The notes under the pieces are model-generated. The model searched no databases. It was not told the DNA's origin and saw only the letters and a list, made by a program, of their open reading frames with translations. From a virus (taxonomy: Duplodnaviria; Caudoviricetes): 63,767 nucleotides of DNA. Location of the stretch: positions 1-63,767 of the IMG/VR virus record IMGVR_UViG_3300005713_000005; one strand, 5' to 3'. The stretch's first letter is position 1. The number at the start of each line of letters is the position of its first letter. Positions 27,953 to 37,260 of the stretch are shown here, piece by piece. The translations under genes were made by a program, and so were the position numbers.

Positions 27953-28239
27953 ACGGTTTCCCCTTCGTTTGACGTTGGATATTCAATCACACATGAATGC
28001 AACAAGTCACTGCGGTCATCGCCAGGATGATGATCCCAAGGATGCCGAATAGCCGCTCGCATCGGTGGCCGACGCGGTCCAGTTCATCGCCGAATTCGTC
28101 TGCCATAAGGCAACCCCTCACGCTCCATTCGCCATTTCATACAGCCAGTGGCCGAACGAGAAAATCGCGGCGAGAGATCCAAAGATGATGGCGACTGCCT
28201 TGAGCATCCACCATCCAGCCTGGGTGACGGTCATTCGCT

Positions 28240-28578
28240 TCACGGATTCTCCTCGCTCTCTGCTCGACCGTCTGCCAGTCCGCGTGCGTAGCCTTTCTCT
28301 TCCTCGCGCCGGAGCGCGATCGCATGATCTGACTGCATGCTGTGCATTGCCCGCAGAACATCGCTGTCTTCGCGGCGATAGCGTTCCAACTCCTCCTCTG
28401 CGTTGCGAAGTGCATTCAGCAGCGCGAACTCACCGGCGACTTTGATACGGCATGCTGGCTCAGCACCCTGCGTGCTGCCGAAGTGATTGCGCGCATCGGC
28501 ATCGGTCACGAAGACTTCGTCGCAGTGATAGCAGCGCCAGTTCTTCAGAGTCCCCAGGTCGTATGGCCTCGTGTTCAT
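28240..28578 (-). CDS. C2H2-like zinc-finger hypothetical protein
   Basis: WRCYHCDEVF...ARNHFG. Confidence 0.6.
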   Translation of the reverse strand: MNTRPYDLGTLKNWRCYHCDEVFVTDADARNHFGSTQGAEPACRIKVAGEFALLNALRNAEEELERYRREDSDVLRAMHSMQSDHAIALRREEEKGYARGLADGRAESEENP

Positions 28579-29474
28579 GATGCCTCCCCGCCCGCCTCCG
28601 GCTCGCTGGTGGGCTGTTCGTTCTCTCTGCACAGCGCACTGCCTTCCTCAATGTGTTCCTCGCACATATCGGACCTATCGCCGAGCGGTCGCATACAACC
28701 TGTTATTGCACATCGTTCTGACGGTCTCATCTTCTCCCATGTCAGCGGAGGCGCGAACGGTGCGAGCAGTGCGTGATCTTTCTGGTGCGAAATCTGAAGC
28801 GCCGGCAGATCGACGTGAGACAGCGCGAGTTCGAGCAGATTTCGCAGGCCGACGATGGAGCATTCGTAGATGCTGCGCTCGAAGCCCTTCGCCACGCTCC
28901 CCGGCTCGCTGCCAGGGGAGGGGGCGGAGTTGAGCGCTTCCAGGCTGGCGACTTGCCACGCGTTGACCTTGCCTTTCGCCAGCGATGCTTCCTGACGGCG
29001 TCGATCCATGTTGTTGTATATCCAGCTCACGCATTCACGGCCAGTGCGCAACAGTTCCAGCAGATTCACGCGCTCCGCTTCGAGGGCGGCGACGCGGTCA
29101 CGCTGTTGCTGCAACTGGCCTGCGATCTGTTCGCAGCGATCGACCATGTCGTTGCCAGCGTCGCGCTCGGTAACTCTCCATAGAGGCGATTCGCAGTTGG
29201 GGCACTTCTCCTTCGTCGAATCATCAGCACGAACAGCGCCGGTTGCGAGGTTGATCGTATTGCGCATGAGGTTGAACTTGCATTTCGCACAACGCCACAG
29301 GCCGGGAACGTACACCAACCCGCCAAGCCGCTTCACCTCATCGCGTAGCCAGATGATCTCGCGAGCACTGCCTGCCAACGGATCGCCCATGAACATGAGC
29401 AGCCAGCCGTACAGCTTCTCGGCGCGCTTCGTTTGCTCCGCTGTCAACTCGACCTCGCTCAACTTCTCGCTCAC
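28575..29474 (-). CDS. mosaic hypothetical protein with Zn-ribbon and coiled coil
   Basis: YVPGLWRCAKC...CPNC; overlaps both neighbours. Confidence 0.65.
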   Translation of the reverse strand: MSEKLSEVELTAEQTKRAEKLYGWLLMFMGDPLAGSAREIIWLRDEVKRLGGLVYVPGLWRCAKCKFNLMRNTINLATGAVRADDSTKEKCPNCESPLWRVTERDAGNDMVDRCEQIAGQLQQQRDRVAALEAERVNLLELLRTGRECVSWIYNNMDRRRQEASLAKGKVNAWQVASLEALNSAPSPGSEPGSVAKGFERSIYECSIVGLRNLLELALSHVDLPALQISHQKDHALLAPFAPPLTWEKMRPSERCAITGCMRPLGDRSDMCEEHIEEGSALCRENEQPTSEPEAGGEAS

Positions 29475-29999
29475 GGCTGCTCACCTCTCCACACGTTTGC
29501 CCGTACGCCTTTCAACTTGCTGGCCATCAGAACCTCCGCCATCCGATCGCCATACGCACACAGCACGATGCCGAAGGGGGGTGTCGTCACAGCCCCGTTG
29601 CCGTTTGCGCCAGGCCGGTGACCGCGCTCAAAGTAGATTCGGCCTTTGAGAAACAGCAGCGCGTGAGCCGCCTGCATGTAGGCCTGCAGATCATGCGTCT
29701 CGGTGCGTGCTGGCATCAGTGCGATACCGTCGCCATGCCGCACCAACCGCTCGTACCATGGACGCTTGCCGCTGAACGGCGGGTTGAGCCACACGGAACC
29801 CGACCACAGCGCGAGCAGCCCGTTGTCGTCTTTTGTGAGATGCCGCTTCGCCGGCACTGTTGACGGCGGCGATCCTGGGCTGCATGGGGTCCAGATCGAA
29901 TTCCACTCCCATCGCTTCGAACATCCATGAGGGCGTATACCACTCGTCGTTCTCGTTGCTCACGCCAGCGATATCGAACATCGGTGTTGTGCGCATCAT
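29471..29999 (-). pseudogene. phage Dam-type N6-adenine DNA methyltransferase with a 1-nt frameshift
   Basis: DEWYTP...FDLDP in one frame; VWLNPPF...PARTET...FLKGRIYF in another; extra base in the G4 run at 29886-29889. Confidence 0.8.
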
Positions 30000-30184
30000 C
30001 CCTCCAAAATCTCCGCGGACTTGGCCAGCGTCTCGGCGGCGATGGCGTAGCAGCCAGGCTGGCCCGGTCCGTATGGCGAGTCGATGCGCGCAGGGCACTG
30101 CATGCACTTATCGATCGGCAGGTCGTTACTCGTCCGCAGATACGCGCACATCGCATGCACCTGCGCCGGCGTGGGGGCGATCAT
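29996..30184 (-). CDS. small Cys-rich protein
   Basis: ATGA overlaps at both ends. Confidence 0.5.
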   Translation of the reverse strand: MIAPTPAQVHAMCAYLRTSNDLPIDKCMQCPARIDSPYGPGQPGCYAIAAETLAKSAEILEG

Positions 30185-30513
30185 GCGCGCACCGCTGCAT
30201 TCTGCCTGCGCTCTCGGAACGCCTTCTGCACAGCCTCGACGATTCGAAGTGTGTAGTCGCGAAAGTGACCGGCCCTGCTCTGATACTGCCCCATGAGCTT
30301 GTCACGAACGTAGCTTGCACTGCAGTCACAGACGAATTCGCTGACGGTGTCGTCACCCATCGCACCCCAGTAGATTGCCCACGCTTCGCAGTAGCATTCG
30401 ATGACGAGCCGACCGCGGCCATCGCCGAAGTCCTGCGTCATCACCGTGATCGGGTCAAGCTTGGGCGCGCCGAAGATCGTGAACGCTTCGACCTTCACTA
30501 GTTCGTATCTCAT
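30181..30513 (-). CDS. conserved phage hypothetical protein
   Basis: LDPITV...GRLVIECYCEAWAIYWGAMG. Confidence 0.65.
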   Translation of the reverse strand: MRYELVKVEAFTIFGAPKLDPITVMTQDFGDGRGRLVIECYCEAWAIYWGAMGDDTVSEFVCDCSASYVRDKLMGQYQSRAGHFRDYTLRIVEAVQKAFRERRQNAAVRA

Positions 30514-30550
30514 ATCACCCTCATTCGCGTTACTCATCAGCGCGGGCCTC

Positions 30551-30805
30551 TCAGTTAGCTGTCTGTTTGTTGATGTCTTTGAGCGCTTCCATCGCATGAT
30601 GCATGACCACTTCAGCGACTTCGCCGCCGAGATCTGCCTTCATTCCGCCCGCGAGCGATGAAAGGAAACCGAGCCAGATCAGGCACCGCTCGTGCGGCTG
30701 CACGGCCGGATCTTCGTGCGCAACTCTGAAGAATTCATCCGACAAGATGCTCCACATGCGCATGCCGAGTTCTACGCGCGGATTTTCGATTGACGTCTCG
30801 CTCAT
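30551..30805 (-). CDS. hypothetical protein
   Basis: GAGGGGAG RBS. Confidence 0.55.
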   Translation of the reverse strand: MSETSIENPRVELGMRMWSILSDEFFRVAHEDPAVQPHERCLIWLGFLSSLAGGMKADLGGEVAEVVMHHAMEALKDINKQTAN

Positions 30806-30844
30806 ATCTCCCCTCACCCGCCCGAGTTTGAGGCGGCCAATTGT

Positions 30845-31085
30845 TTGTCATAGCTATGGCTTAACAAAGCCGTATCTATGTCAGAAAACCGCAGTACGCG
30901 CTGACTGGTTGATTGGATCTTAGGCATCTGGGCACCTCGCCATAGCACTGGCTTCGACCCTCGCAACGTCCAGCTTGTCCCGTACTGCGGCGGCTTTCGC
31001 CTCGCACTGCTCGCGTACGCTGTGTCCAGTTTCCCGGCGCGGCCGTGCTTGGCCTCTCCCGGTATTACTTCGCGCTGGACTCGCC
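30845..31085 (-). ncRNA. candidate structured RNA downstream of tRNA-Arg
   Basis: GTCCAGC/GCTGGAC, GGC-GAAA-GCC, GGCC/GGCC and a 10-bp CCGCAGTACG/CGTACTGCGG pairing; no convincing ORF. Confidence 0.45.
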
Positions 31086-31088
31086 ATA

Positions 31089-31164
31089 TGGTGCGACCGG
31101 TAGGATTCGAACCCACGTCGTGCGAAGTAGAATTTCGCTGCCTCGTCCACTAGGCTACGGTCGC
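31089..31164 (-). tRNA. tRNA-Arg(UCU), 76 nt, encoded CCA
   Basis: GCGACCG/CGGTCGC acceptor, GCCT/AGGC D stem, GCGAA-ATTCTAC-TTCGC anticodon arm, TTCGAAT loop, ACCA; A20 present. Confidence 0.9.
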
Positions 31165-31171
31165 GCATCCC

Positions 31172-31672
31172 TTATTCTCCGTGCTTCAGCAAAGAAAGCA
31201 CGTAAGCTTTTCCGGCTGCCTTCGCAGCAGACAGCGCCGCTTCTTCTGTTTCACCACTGACGTGTAGGCCCTTCAGCATTGGGCAATATGCATGGAAGCT
31301 ACCGTCCGTGTCTGGCTCAACGATGAACTGAAAAACGCAATCTGGACAGCCGGTCCCTTCTGGGCAGTCAACATATTCATGACGACGAGCGGCGGCCGCA
31401 TTCGGGCATTTCTCCTGGCTGCAATAGGGATGACTGAAGATGCCGTTGCGATAGTCGGGCCACCTCACTTTGCAGCCGGTGCATTCGCTTACTGGAGTCT
31501 TCGCGAAAAGCTCCAGCAGTTCCTGAGCACCCTCAGTAGGACAGCGCACAGTGACCCCATGCGGCAACTCGAATTCGATCTCGATCCGAACAGACGACAC
31601 CTTCGTCATCTGCATCTTTTCGAGCAGGTCGATCGCGTCTAGTTTCGCAACGGCAATCACGACGGCGCTCAC
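31172..31672 (-). CDS. protein with C-terminal HicB-like antitoxin domain
   Basis: FIVEPDTDGSFHAYCPMLKGLHVSGETEEAAL...KHGE. Confidence 0.75.
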   Translation of the reverse strand: MSAVVIAVAKLDAIDLLEKMQMTKVSSVRIEIEFELPHGVTVRCPTEGAQELLELFAKTPVSECTGCKVRWPDYRNGIFSHPYCSQEKCPNAAAARRHEYVDCPEGTGCPDCVFQFIVEPDTDGSFHAYCPMLKGLHVSGETEEAALSAAKAAGKAYVLSLLKHGE

Positions 31673-33084
31673 CCCTCCTCCCCCGCTGTCGGCGCGGCGG
31701 GTAGCGCTGCGACTGCCTTGTCGACGAACGTGTCCAGCCATTCGCGATGCCATGCTTCGGTCTCGCGAGCCTGGTGGTGTGTCCAGAAGTTCAGCGTGAC
31801 GTGGGCGTCAGGCGACTCGAATGAAGGCGTACCAGGCTGACACCCTGCACTTCCCATCGCCGTGATTCGCGCACAGTTTCGAAGCGCATGCCATCGTTTC
31901 GCGGCCGACTCCGCAGCCTCCAGCCTTTCCCGCATCCCGTCGGCTGAGCGAAGGATCGACGCGATCTCTTTCGCTTCCTCGTTCGTCAGGACCACGCCAA
32001 CGACATTCGGCGGTGCCTCCAACTCGGCCTCGTCAAACATCGAGGCAAGCTCCTCCTCCCGCCCCTGCGCGGGCTGCGCTCCACCGGCCTCGCAACTAGG
32101 CTCTGGATCTGGATCGGCTACGATCTTCGCTTTCAGCAGTTCGCGCTCCATTCGTTGCGCGGGCTGCGGGTATGGCGAGGCTACTGGATAGCGAAAGCTT
32201 CCGCATTTACAGAGCGCTCCGCCGCGACCGGTGCCGGCGTCGTCTCTCATGCAGTTGCAATCACTGCACAGCCGGGCAGTAGGCGGCACCTCGATCGTTC
32301 TCTGCTCCGTCGCAGCGGCGGGAGGGGTGGCGGATAGAAGCTTGTAATTCGCTAGCGACAAATCCACGGATGCATCAAGCCGATCTCCTTTGATGCCATT
32401 GACGCCTTCGCGCCGTAACTGATGGTAGCGCTCTGCGTCTCGCGCCTCCCCTTGAGCGGCCTGCGGTGAGGGGGTGGCGTCTGCTCTCATCAGCGTTCGC
32501 GAATACTCCCGCCAAAGCTCATCGACGAATGAAAGCAGGAATGCAACGTCAGCGTCGTGCTTTGCTCGATAGGCCGCCCTGATCTGCTCAAGTCGCAAAA
32601 GCCCATCGGCGAACGGATCGCCGGGCCCTCTCGCGGGCGGAAGGGCGGGCGATGACCTTCCCTGCAGCTCGTCTATGTTCGATCTGAGAGTCTCGATCTC
32701 TGCAAGCAAATCTCGCACGTAGAACTGAGCATTGTTCTTGAACGCAGTGTCATTGCGATTAAAGGCTGCGGAGATATCTGCAACCCTGTCCTTTCGCTCC
32801 CCCTCCGCCGCAACAGCCGGCGGGGCGGTGAGTGCAACTTCGTATGTCGCCGCGAAAATCTCGGGCTTGCAAGGATACAACTCGCCTTTAACGCCGCGGA
32901 TGATCCAGTCGCCAATGCTGGCCGTCATCACTCCTTCGAGAGTTTGGATCTCAAGGTTTCCAGACGGCACCAAGTCGATGTTCTCAGGCACAGCGGAAAC
33001 TTTGAACAATGGCAGTATCGATTCGATCGTACCGTCGAACTTCACAGCCTCAATCACCACCGGCTTCTTTCGATATTCACCCAT
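31669..33084 (-). CDS. large mosaic protein, N-terminal PGDYG-like domain
   Basis: YRKKPVVIEAV...IQTLEG...GDWIIRGVKGELYPCKPEIFAATYE. Confidence 0.75.
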   Translation of the reverse strand: MGEYRKKPVVIEAVKFDGTIESILPLFKVSAVPENIDLVPSGNLEIQTLEGVMTASIGDWIIRGVKGELYPCKPEIFAATYEVALTAPPAVAAEGERKDRVADISAAFNRNDTAFKNNAQFYVRDLLAEIETLRSNIDELQGRSSPALPPARGPGDPFADGLLRLEQIRAAYRAKHDADVAFLLSFVDELWREYSRTLMRADATPSPQAAQGEARDAERYHQLRREGVNGIKGDRLDASVDLSLANYKLLSATPPAAATEQRTIEVPPTARLCSDCNCMRDDAGTGRGGALCKCGSFRYPVASPYPQPAQRMERELLKAKIVADPDPEPSCEAGGAQPAQGREEELASMFDEAELEAPPNVVGVVLTNEEAKEIASILRSADGMRERLEAAESAAKRWHALRNCARITAMGSAGCQPGTPSFESPDAHVTLNFWTHHQARETEAWHREWLDTFVDKAVAALPAAPTAGEEG

Positions 33085-33098
33085 CGCCTTCCCCTCGC

Positions 33099-33275
33099 TC
33101 AGTTTGTCCAAAACCATATAGCGATCATCCACACGAGCGGCCCAGATGCTGAGATCCTAATCGGATCATCCATCGGAATTTTGATGTCGATATGTAAATC
33201 ATCGCCATCACATTGAGCATCGCAGTGCCACGCAATGCCGCAGATCGCCCAAATAAATATCAGCCACTCGATCAT
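33099..33275 (-). CDS. small membrane protein
   Basis: Hydrophobic; ATGA overlap with the sigma gene stop. Confidence 0.45.
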   Translation of the reverse strand: MIEWLIFIWAICGIAWHCDAQCDGDDLHIDIKIPMDDPIRISASGPLVWMIAIWFWTN

Positions 33276-33841
33276 CGCGGCCCCTTCCTCCTGTTCCGAT
33301 GCTGCGTCTTGAGCTCGGCGGTCGGGTCTGCGAACTCTTTCAACTCGATTCGCAGTCGCCAATATGTAGCAACCAAATCTTTCATCACCGTGCGCTTTGA
33401 CAGCCCAGTGCGATCCGAGATTTGTCGCACGGTCAAGTCATCGTGAATATGTAGCCTGAGTACCTCATGTTGACGCTCAGGCAGCGACAGCAATGCTTCG
33501 TGAATTACCGCTTCTTGTCCGCGACGCCAGAACGCGCTGTCGAGCGGCTCATCCGATTCGGCGATGAGCTCATCGAGCCAGTCGCTGCGATGGATTGCCT
33601 TCACCCTGCTCCGATCTCTCCACTCGTTCGCGACGTTCGATGCAATTCGAAAGAGGTATCCGACAGGCTTTTCCACCTTGACCTTATCGCTGTAGCGGAG
33701 CAGTCGAACGAAAACGTCCTGTACGAGATCGTCTGCCTCGGCACTCGGCACTCGGCCACGGTTCATCAACCATGAGCGCAGCGGCTTTCTCCACTGTACG
33801 AACCAGCAAGCCAACCTCTCATCCTGTAGATTCGCTGACAT
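33272..33841 (-). CDS. ECF (sigma24/FecI-like) sigma factor
   Basis: Region 2 EADDLVQDVFVRL and YLFRIASN; region 4 LPERQHEVLRL...LTVRQISDRTGLSKRTV. Confidence 0.9.
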   Translation of the reverse strand: MSANLQDERLACWFVQWRKPLRSWLMNRGRVPSAEADDLVQDVFVRLLRYSDKVKVEKPVGYLFRIASNVANEWRDRSRVKAIHRSDWLDELIAESDEPLDSAFWRRGQEAVIHEALLSLPERQHEVLRLHIHDDLTVRQISDRTGLSKRTVMKDLVATYWRLRIELKEFADPTAELKTQHRNRRKGPR

Positions 33842-33856
33842 GGCGCGGCCCTCGGG

Positions 33857-34489
33857 TTATGCGGTCGGTTCCTTCTTATCGAAAGAGTTCTTGTATGCAG
33901 ATTCGAGCGCTTGGAACGCACCTTCACGCATGGTGAAGCAGCGATTCTGTGCTCGCTGCCATTCGAGCATTGAGCGATATCCTTGATGCGGCTTTTCCCG
34001 CTCATGCCGGTCGACGCCGCTCCACCATTGTTCTTCGGTTGGCATCTCGAACAACATACCTTTGCAGCATGGGCAGCAAGGCAAGTCGCCTCGCTTGCCT
34101 ATTTCATATATCGACCCGAACCAAGTACACATTGCGCCATAGCAAAAGCGCGTGTCTGGCGGATCTCGACCCTCAACGCAGTCCTGAAACTCCTGCGCGA
34201 GTTGGTCCAGATATTCCTTTGGCGCGTCGGGATAGAAGTGCCTCGCCAATTCCAAGCACTTCTCGTCGAAACTGTATTGCTTCCCCATCACTCCCCCTCC
34301 GCGCGGTGGTTGCTTCGATTCGTTCTGCGATTCTTTCGGCGTGATCTCCTGCAGCCAGTCTGCCAACCGGCGAACGGTCGCCACATCAGTCAAGTGCAGC
34401 GCCGGCAGTGACACATAGGCGGTAGTCGAGTAGCACGTGCCGTCCTCTGTGATCAACTCCGACACCTTAAATCCTTGGTCCTCGCTCAT
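33857..34489 (-). CDS. hypothetical protein (possibly two fused units)
   Basis: Long ORF; internal GGAGGGG before MGKQ; CCPCC motif. Confidence 0.55.
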   Translation of the reverse strand: MSEDQGFKVSELITEDGTCYSTTAYVSLPALHLTDVATVRRLADWLQEITPKESQNESKQPPRGGGVMGKQYSFDEKCLELARHFYPDAPKEYLDQLAQEFQDCVEGRDPPDTRFCYGAMCTWFGSIYEIGKRGDLPCCPCCKGMLFEMPTEEQWWSGVDRHEREKPHQGYRSMLEWQRAQNRCFTMREGAFQALESAYKNSFDKKEPTA

Positions 34490-34495
34490 GACGGA

Positions 34496-34852
34496 TTACC
34501 CTCCGAATAGATCGCCCACGGCCTTTCCGGCGCGGTTGGTTTCATATCTCGTTTGCGCGTGATGATCAGCGTCATAGGCCAAATGGCAGCGCTGACACAT
34601 TGCCTTGAGATTGCTGTCGTCGCAGTGCTCAGGTGTGTGATCAAGATGGGCAATGGTGAGCACAACTCGCGACGGCCTGTCTGGCTCGATCAAAGCGCCA
34701 TGCAGGCGAAAGCAGTAGTCAGAGTGCTGCTTACACTCACCCTCGCACTCGCATCGGTATTCCGCGCGCTCCAATATCTTCGCGCGGATCTCCGGCCAGT
34801 TCGCTGGGTAGCGCCAGCGGTTCTCAGGCTTGATCGGCACTGGGCGTCTCAC
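34496..34852 (-). CDS. HNH-like zinc-binding nuclease
   Basis: RCECEGEC, VLTIAHLDH...NLKAMCQRCH. Confidence 0.75.
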   Translation of the reverse strand: MRRPVPIKPENRWRYPANWPEIRAKILERAEYRCECEGECKQHSDYCFRLHGALIEPDRPSRVVLTIAHLDHTPEHCDDSNLKAMCQRCHLAYDADHHAQTRYETNRAGKAVGDLFGG

Positions 34853-35141
34853 TCGGGGCCTGCCACCGATAGCCGACGCCGCGCTCTGTGACGATGACGC
34901 CTTCGGGCAGCTTCTTGCGGAGTCTGCCGATGAGGACTTCGATCGAGTTCGACTCGCGCACTCTGCCGCTGAGTGCCATGTCGATGTCTGCTTTGGATGC
35001 GATCTCGCCTGGCTCTTTGATGAGTGCGTTGAGCACCGCCATTTCAGCGGCAGTGATTTCTGTGCTCGTGCCGTTGAAGATCATCAGCATCCGCCTGGGA
35101 TGCTCGCCGATCTCGATCTTTGGGACTGCGGCTGCGTTCAT
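34824..35141 (-). CDS. stand-alone OmpR/PhoB-type winged-helix domain
   Basis: SNSIEVLIGRLRKKL...IVTERGVGY; no receiver domain. Confidence 0.85.
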   Translation of the reverse strand: MNAAAVPKIEIGEHPRRMLMIFNGTSTEITAAEMAVLNALIKEPGEIASKADIDMALSGRVRESNSIEVLIGRLRKKLPEGVIVTERGVGYRWQAPSETPSADQA

Positions 35142-35572
35142 GTCGTCATTGCTCCTGCGATGAGTTCGTCGGGCACATTGAAGAATCCCTGCTTGCCTTT
35201 GAACAGGATCGGGCGCTCGAAGATTCGATACTCGGCGGCACGTCGCCAACCATAGCGACCGAACTTGAAGTGACCGCACGCGAAGTCATCGTCCGTCGAC
35301 GGCTGCACCGGGTAGATGTTCTCGGCACGCAGGCAGTCGATGATGTGGACTTGGCCAAGCAACGCACCGCGCGGCAGGTCAGTGCGCCAGTTCGTGCCGA
35401 AGCGCGATCGGCAGAGGAAGTCGACGCGGTCACTGACCTCTGTCTCGATCTTCTTCGATGCATGCACGATGACCGGCCCGCGGATGTTCGTGAGCCAGTG
35501 CCGCGTCTCGTGCAGCTTGTGCGGCGATAACCAGAGCGATGCGAACGGCTGATGAAGGCTAATTGCTCTCAT
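35138..35572 (-). CDS. ASCH domain protein
   Basis: RAISLHQPFASL...KLHETRHW...RGPVIVHAS...KGKQGFFNV. Confidence 0.85.
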   Translation of the reverse strand: MRAISLHQPFASLWLSPHKLHETRHWLTNIRGPVIVHASKKIETEVSDRVDFLCRSRFGTNWRTDLPRGALLGQVHIIDCLRAENIYPVQPSTDDDFACGHFKFGRYGWRRAAEYRIFERPILFKGKQGFFNVPDELIAGAMTT

Positions 35573-35574
35573 GG

Positions 35575-36063
35575 TCACTCCGGCTTCGGCAATGTGCGGG
35601 CAAGCTCGTTGACTCGGGCTCGTTCTTCCCAAAATTCGCGCTGTTCGCGTTCACGCTTGGAGTGATCGACGCCTTTGTTCATCTCCTTCTCGTACTCGTT
35701 GGCGTGCCTCTCGGCATAATCGGTCCAATCAAGAACCGCCTCACGATAAGCTCTGTCAGCCAGCCCTACGGCCCATGCTCTTGTATTGATGATTGACTGT
35801 CGCGCATGCTCAAGTTCTTCCTTGGTGCCGGTCGCCGCAGCATCGTAACTGTTCAGAAGAATCAGCTTGCCGTTGAGGTTGCGCAGTGCCGCGGCAGAGA
35901 GCAGGTCGCGATCTACAGTCTTGCCAGAGATCTCCACCACGGGTGCATTCGCTGCGCTTGGCCGTGATTGAGGTCCGTTGTCAGCGACCGGAATCGAATC
36001 GTTGTTGTGCGCTTCGTATCTGCAGCCAGCGAGCGTCAGCAGAATCACGATGAGGTATTTCAT
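35575..36063 (-). CDS. lipoprotein
   Basis: MKYLIVILLTLAGC lipobox. Confidence 0.75.
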   Translation of the reverse strand: MKYLIVILLTLAGCRYEAHNNDSIPVADNGPQSRPSAANAPVVEISGKTVDRDLLSAAALRNLNGKLILLNSYDAAATGTKEELEHARQSIINTRAWAVGLADRAYREAVLDWTDYAERHANEYEKEMNKGVDHSKREREQREFWEERARVNELARTLPKPE

Positions 36064-36464
36064 GACTTCACCTTCGCAGCACGATCGATCCGCTCAATCT
36101 CCGCGAGGATGAGAGCACCGGCCTTCACGAGGTCGCGACGGGCGCCGGCTTGATTCTCGGCGCTTCCAGTCGGCTTCCACCATTTGGCCTGCCATGGCCA
36201 CATGATCGGCGGAATTTTGTGCCAGTCACCATCGCCTTGACTGCTCGGGTCCAGCACATCAGCGGCGTGCAGCGCATATGCCGTTGCGGCTGCAGCTAGC
36301 TCTCCCTCGTCGTGCTCCATGTCGTCGTGGCTGGGCGTCCAACCTTCAGCGCTGATCTGGCGCTGGCGCTCCTCGATAACATCAAGAGCGGCGCTTTTCT
36401 GCCCTCGGAGAAGCGAATATTGTTCTCGAAGAGTCGCAATCAAAATCTCGCCATCGGTCTGCAT
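36060..36464 (-). CDS. conserved phage hypothetical protein
   Basis: DVIEERQRQISAEGWTPSHDD...RRDLVKAGALILAEIERIDR. Confidence 0.75.
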   Translation of the reverse strand: MQTDGEILIATLREQYSLLRGQKSAALDVIEERQRQISAEGWTPSHDDMEHDEGELAAAATAYALHAADVLDPSSQGDGDWHKIPPIMWPWQAKWWKPTGSAENQAGARRDLVKAGALILAEIERIDRAAKVKS

Positions 36465-36466
36465 TA

Positions 36467-36955
36467 CTATTTCCCCTTCGCTTTGTGCCAGGCGCGGATA
36501 GTCGCGCTGGTCGGTTTGTGTTCGGCGAACACCTTGAAGATCGCTTCGATCTGCGACTCCACCATCATGGCGATGTGGCAGTCGTCACGTTTCATGCCCA
36601 TCTGTTCTGCAAGCCATCCGTAGGCGCGATACCTCATCGCACCCTGCAGCTTTTTGTTCGGCCGAGACTCCTCTGGATAGGCCAACTGCTGCGCCATGAA
36701 CGGCTTCCAGAGTTGGTCGAACAGTTCGTGCGCGTCCATGCGATACGCACGCAGCGCCTTGCTCGCCAGGATGCCCAGCGGCTTGCCGTTCGGGTGGACA
36801 CCGCAGATCCGGTCACATTCGCCAAGCGGACATTCCCAGATCGGCCCGTAATCTCGCCCACCGTAAACATGCTCGCTCGTCGTGCGATATCTCGCTAATA
36901 AGCCGTGCTCTTGGCACTTCAGACTTGGATGTTGAACGAAGTTACTGAGCTTCAT
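36467..36955 (-). CDS. zinc-finger protein (DUF3268-like)
   Basis: IWEC...CGVH...PLGILA...AHELFDQLW...AYGWLAEQMG...CHIA. Confidence 0.75.
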   Translation of the reverse strand: MKLSNFVQHPSLKCQEHGLLARYRTTSEHVYGGRDYGPIWECPLGECDRICGVHPNGKPLGILASKALRAYRMDAHELFDQLWKPFMAQQLAYPEESRPNKKLQGAMRYRAYGWLAEQMGMKRDDCHIAMMVESQIEAIFKVFAEHKPTSATIRAWHKAKGK

Positions 36956-37260
36956 TTTCCGAACTCTGTGATCCATGCTTTATCGAATGCGCGCATCGCT
37001 GCATCTGGAGTCTTGCCTACTCCGTTAACGCCGCTGTAACTGACGACCCATTCTTGAGTGGAAGGCCTGACCCGCATCTCTGGGCGAAATAAGACTGAAG
37101 GACGCTGCATCTCTGCGGCTGCGATTGAGAAGTCTTGCTGAAAGCATGCAATGGCATGCGAAGCGTCGAGGTGTACAGCGTTGCGAATGATCTCATTCGG
37201 ATCGCAACTTGGGATCCGACTGCGGACCGCATCGTAGATGGCTTGATATGAATCGCTCAT
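36952..37260 (-). CDS. conserved phage hypothetical protein
   Basis: YQAIYDAVRSRI...RPSVLFRP...AMRAFDKAW. Confidence 0.7.
   Translation of the reverse strand: MSDSYQAIYDAVRSRIPSCDPNEIIRNAVHLDASHAIACFQQDFSIAAAEMQRPSVLFRPEMRVRPSTQEWVVSYSGVNGVGKTPDAAMRAFDKAWITEFGK

Noticed and set aside
30520-30550. CTGATGAG on the minus strand as a hammerhead ribozyme
   Set aside because: Followed by GAAT rather than GAAA, and stems I and III cannot be built
31089-31164. Reading the tRNA as a CUA amber suppressor (loop contains TTCTA)
   Set aside because: The 5-bp stem places TCT at 34-36, and TAG is used as a normal stop (e.g. 9805, 13494, 46718)
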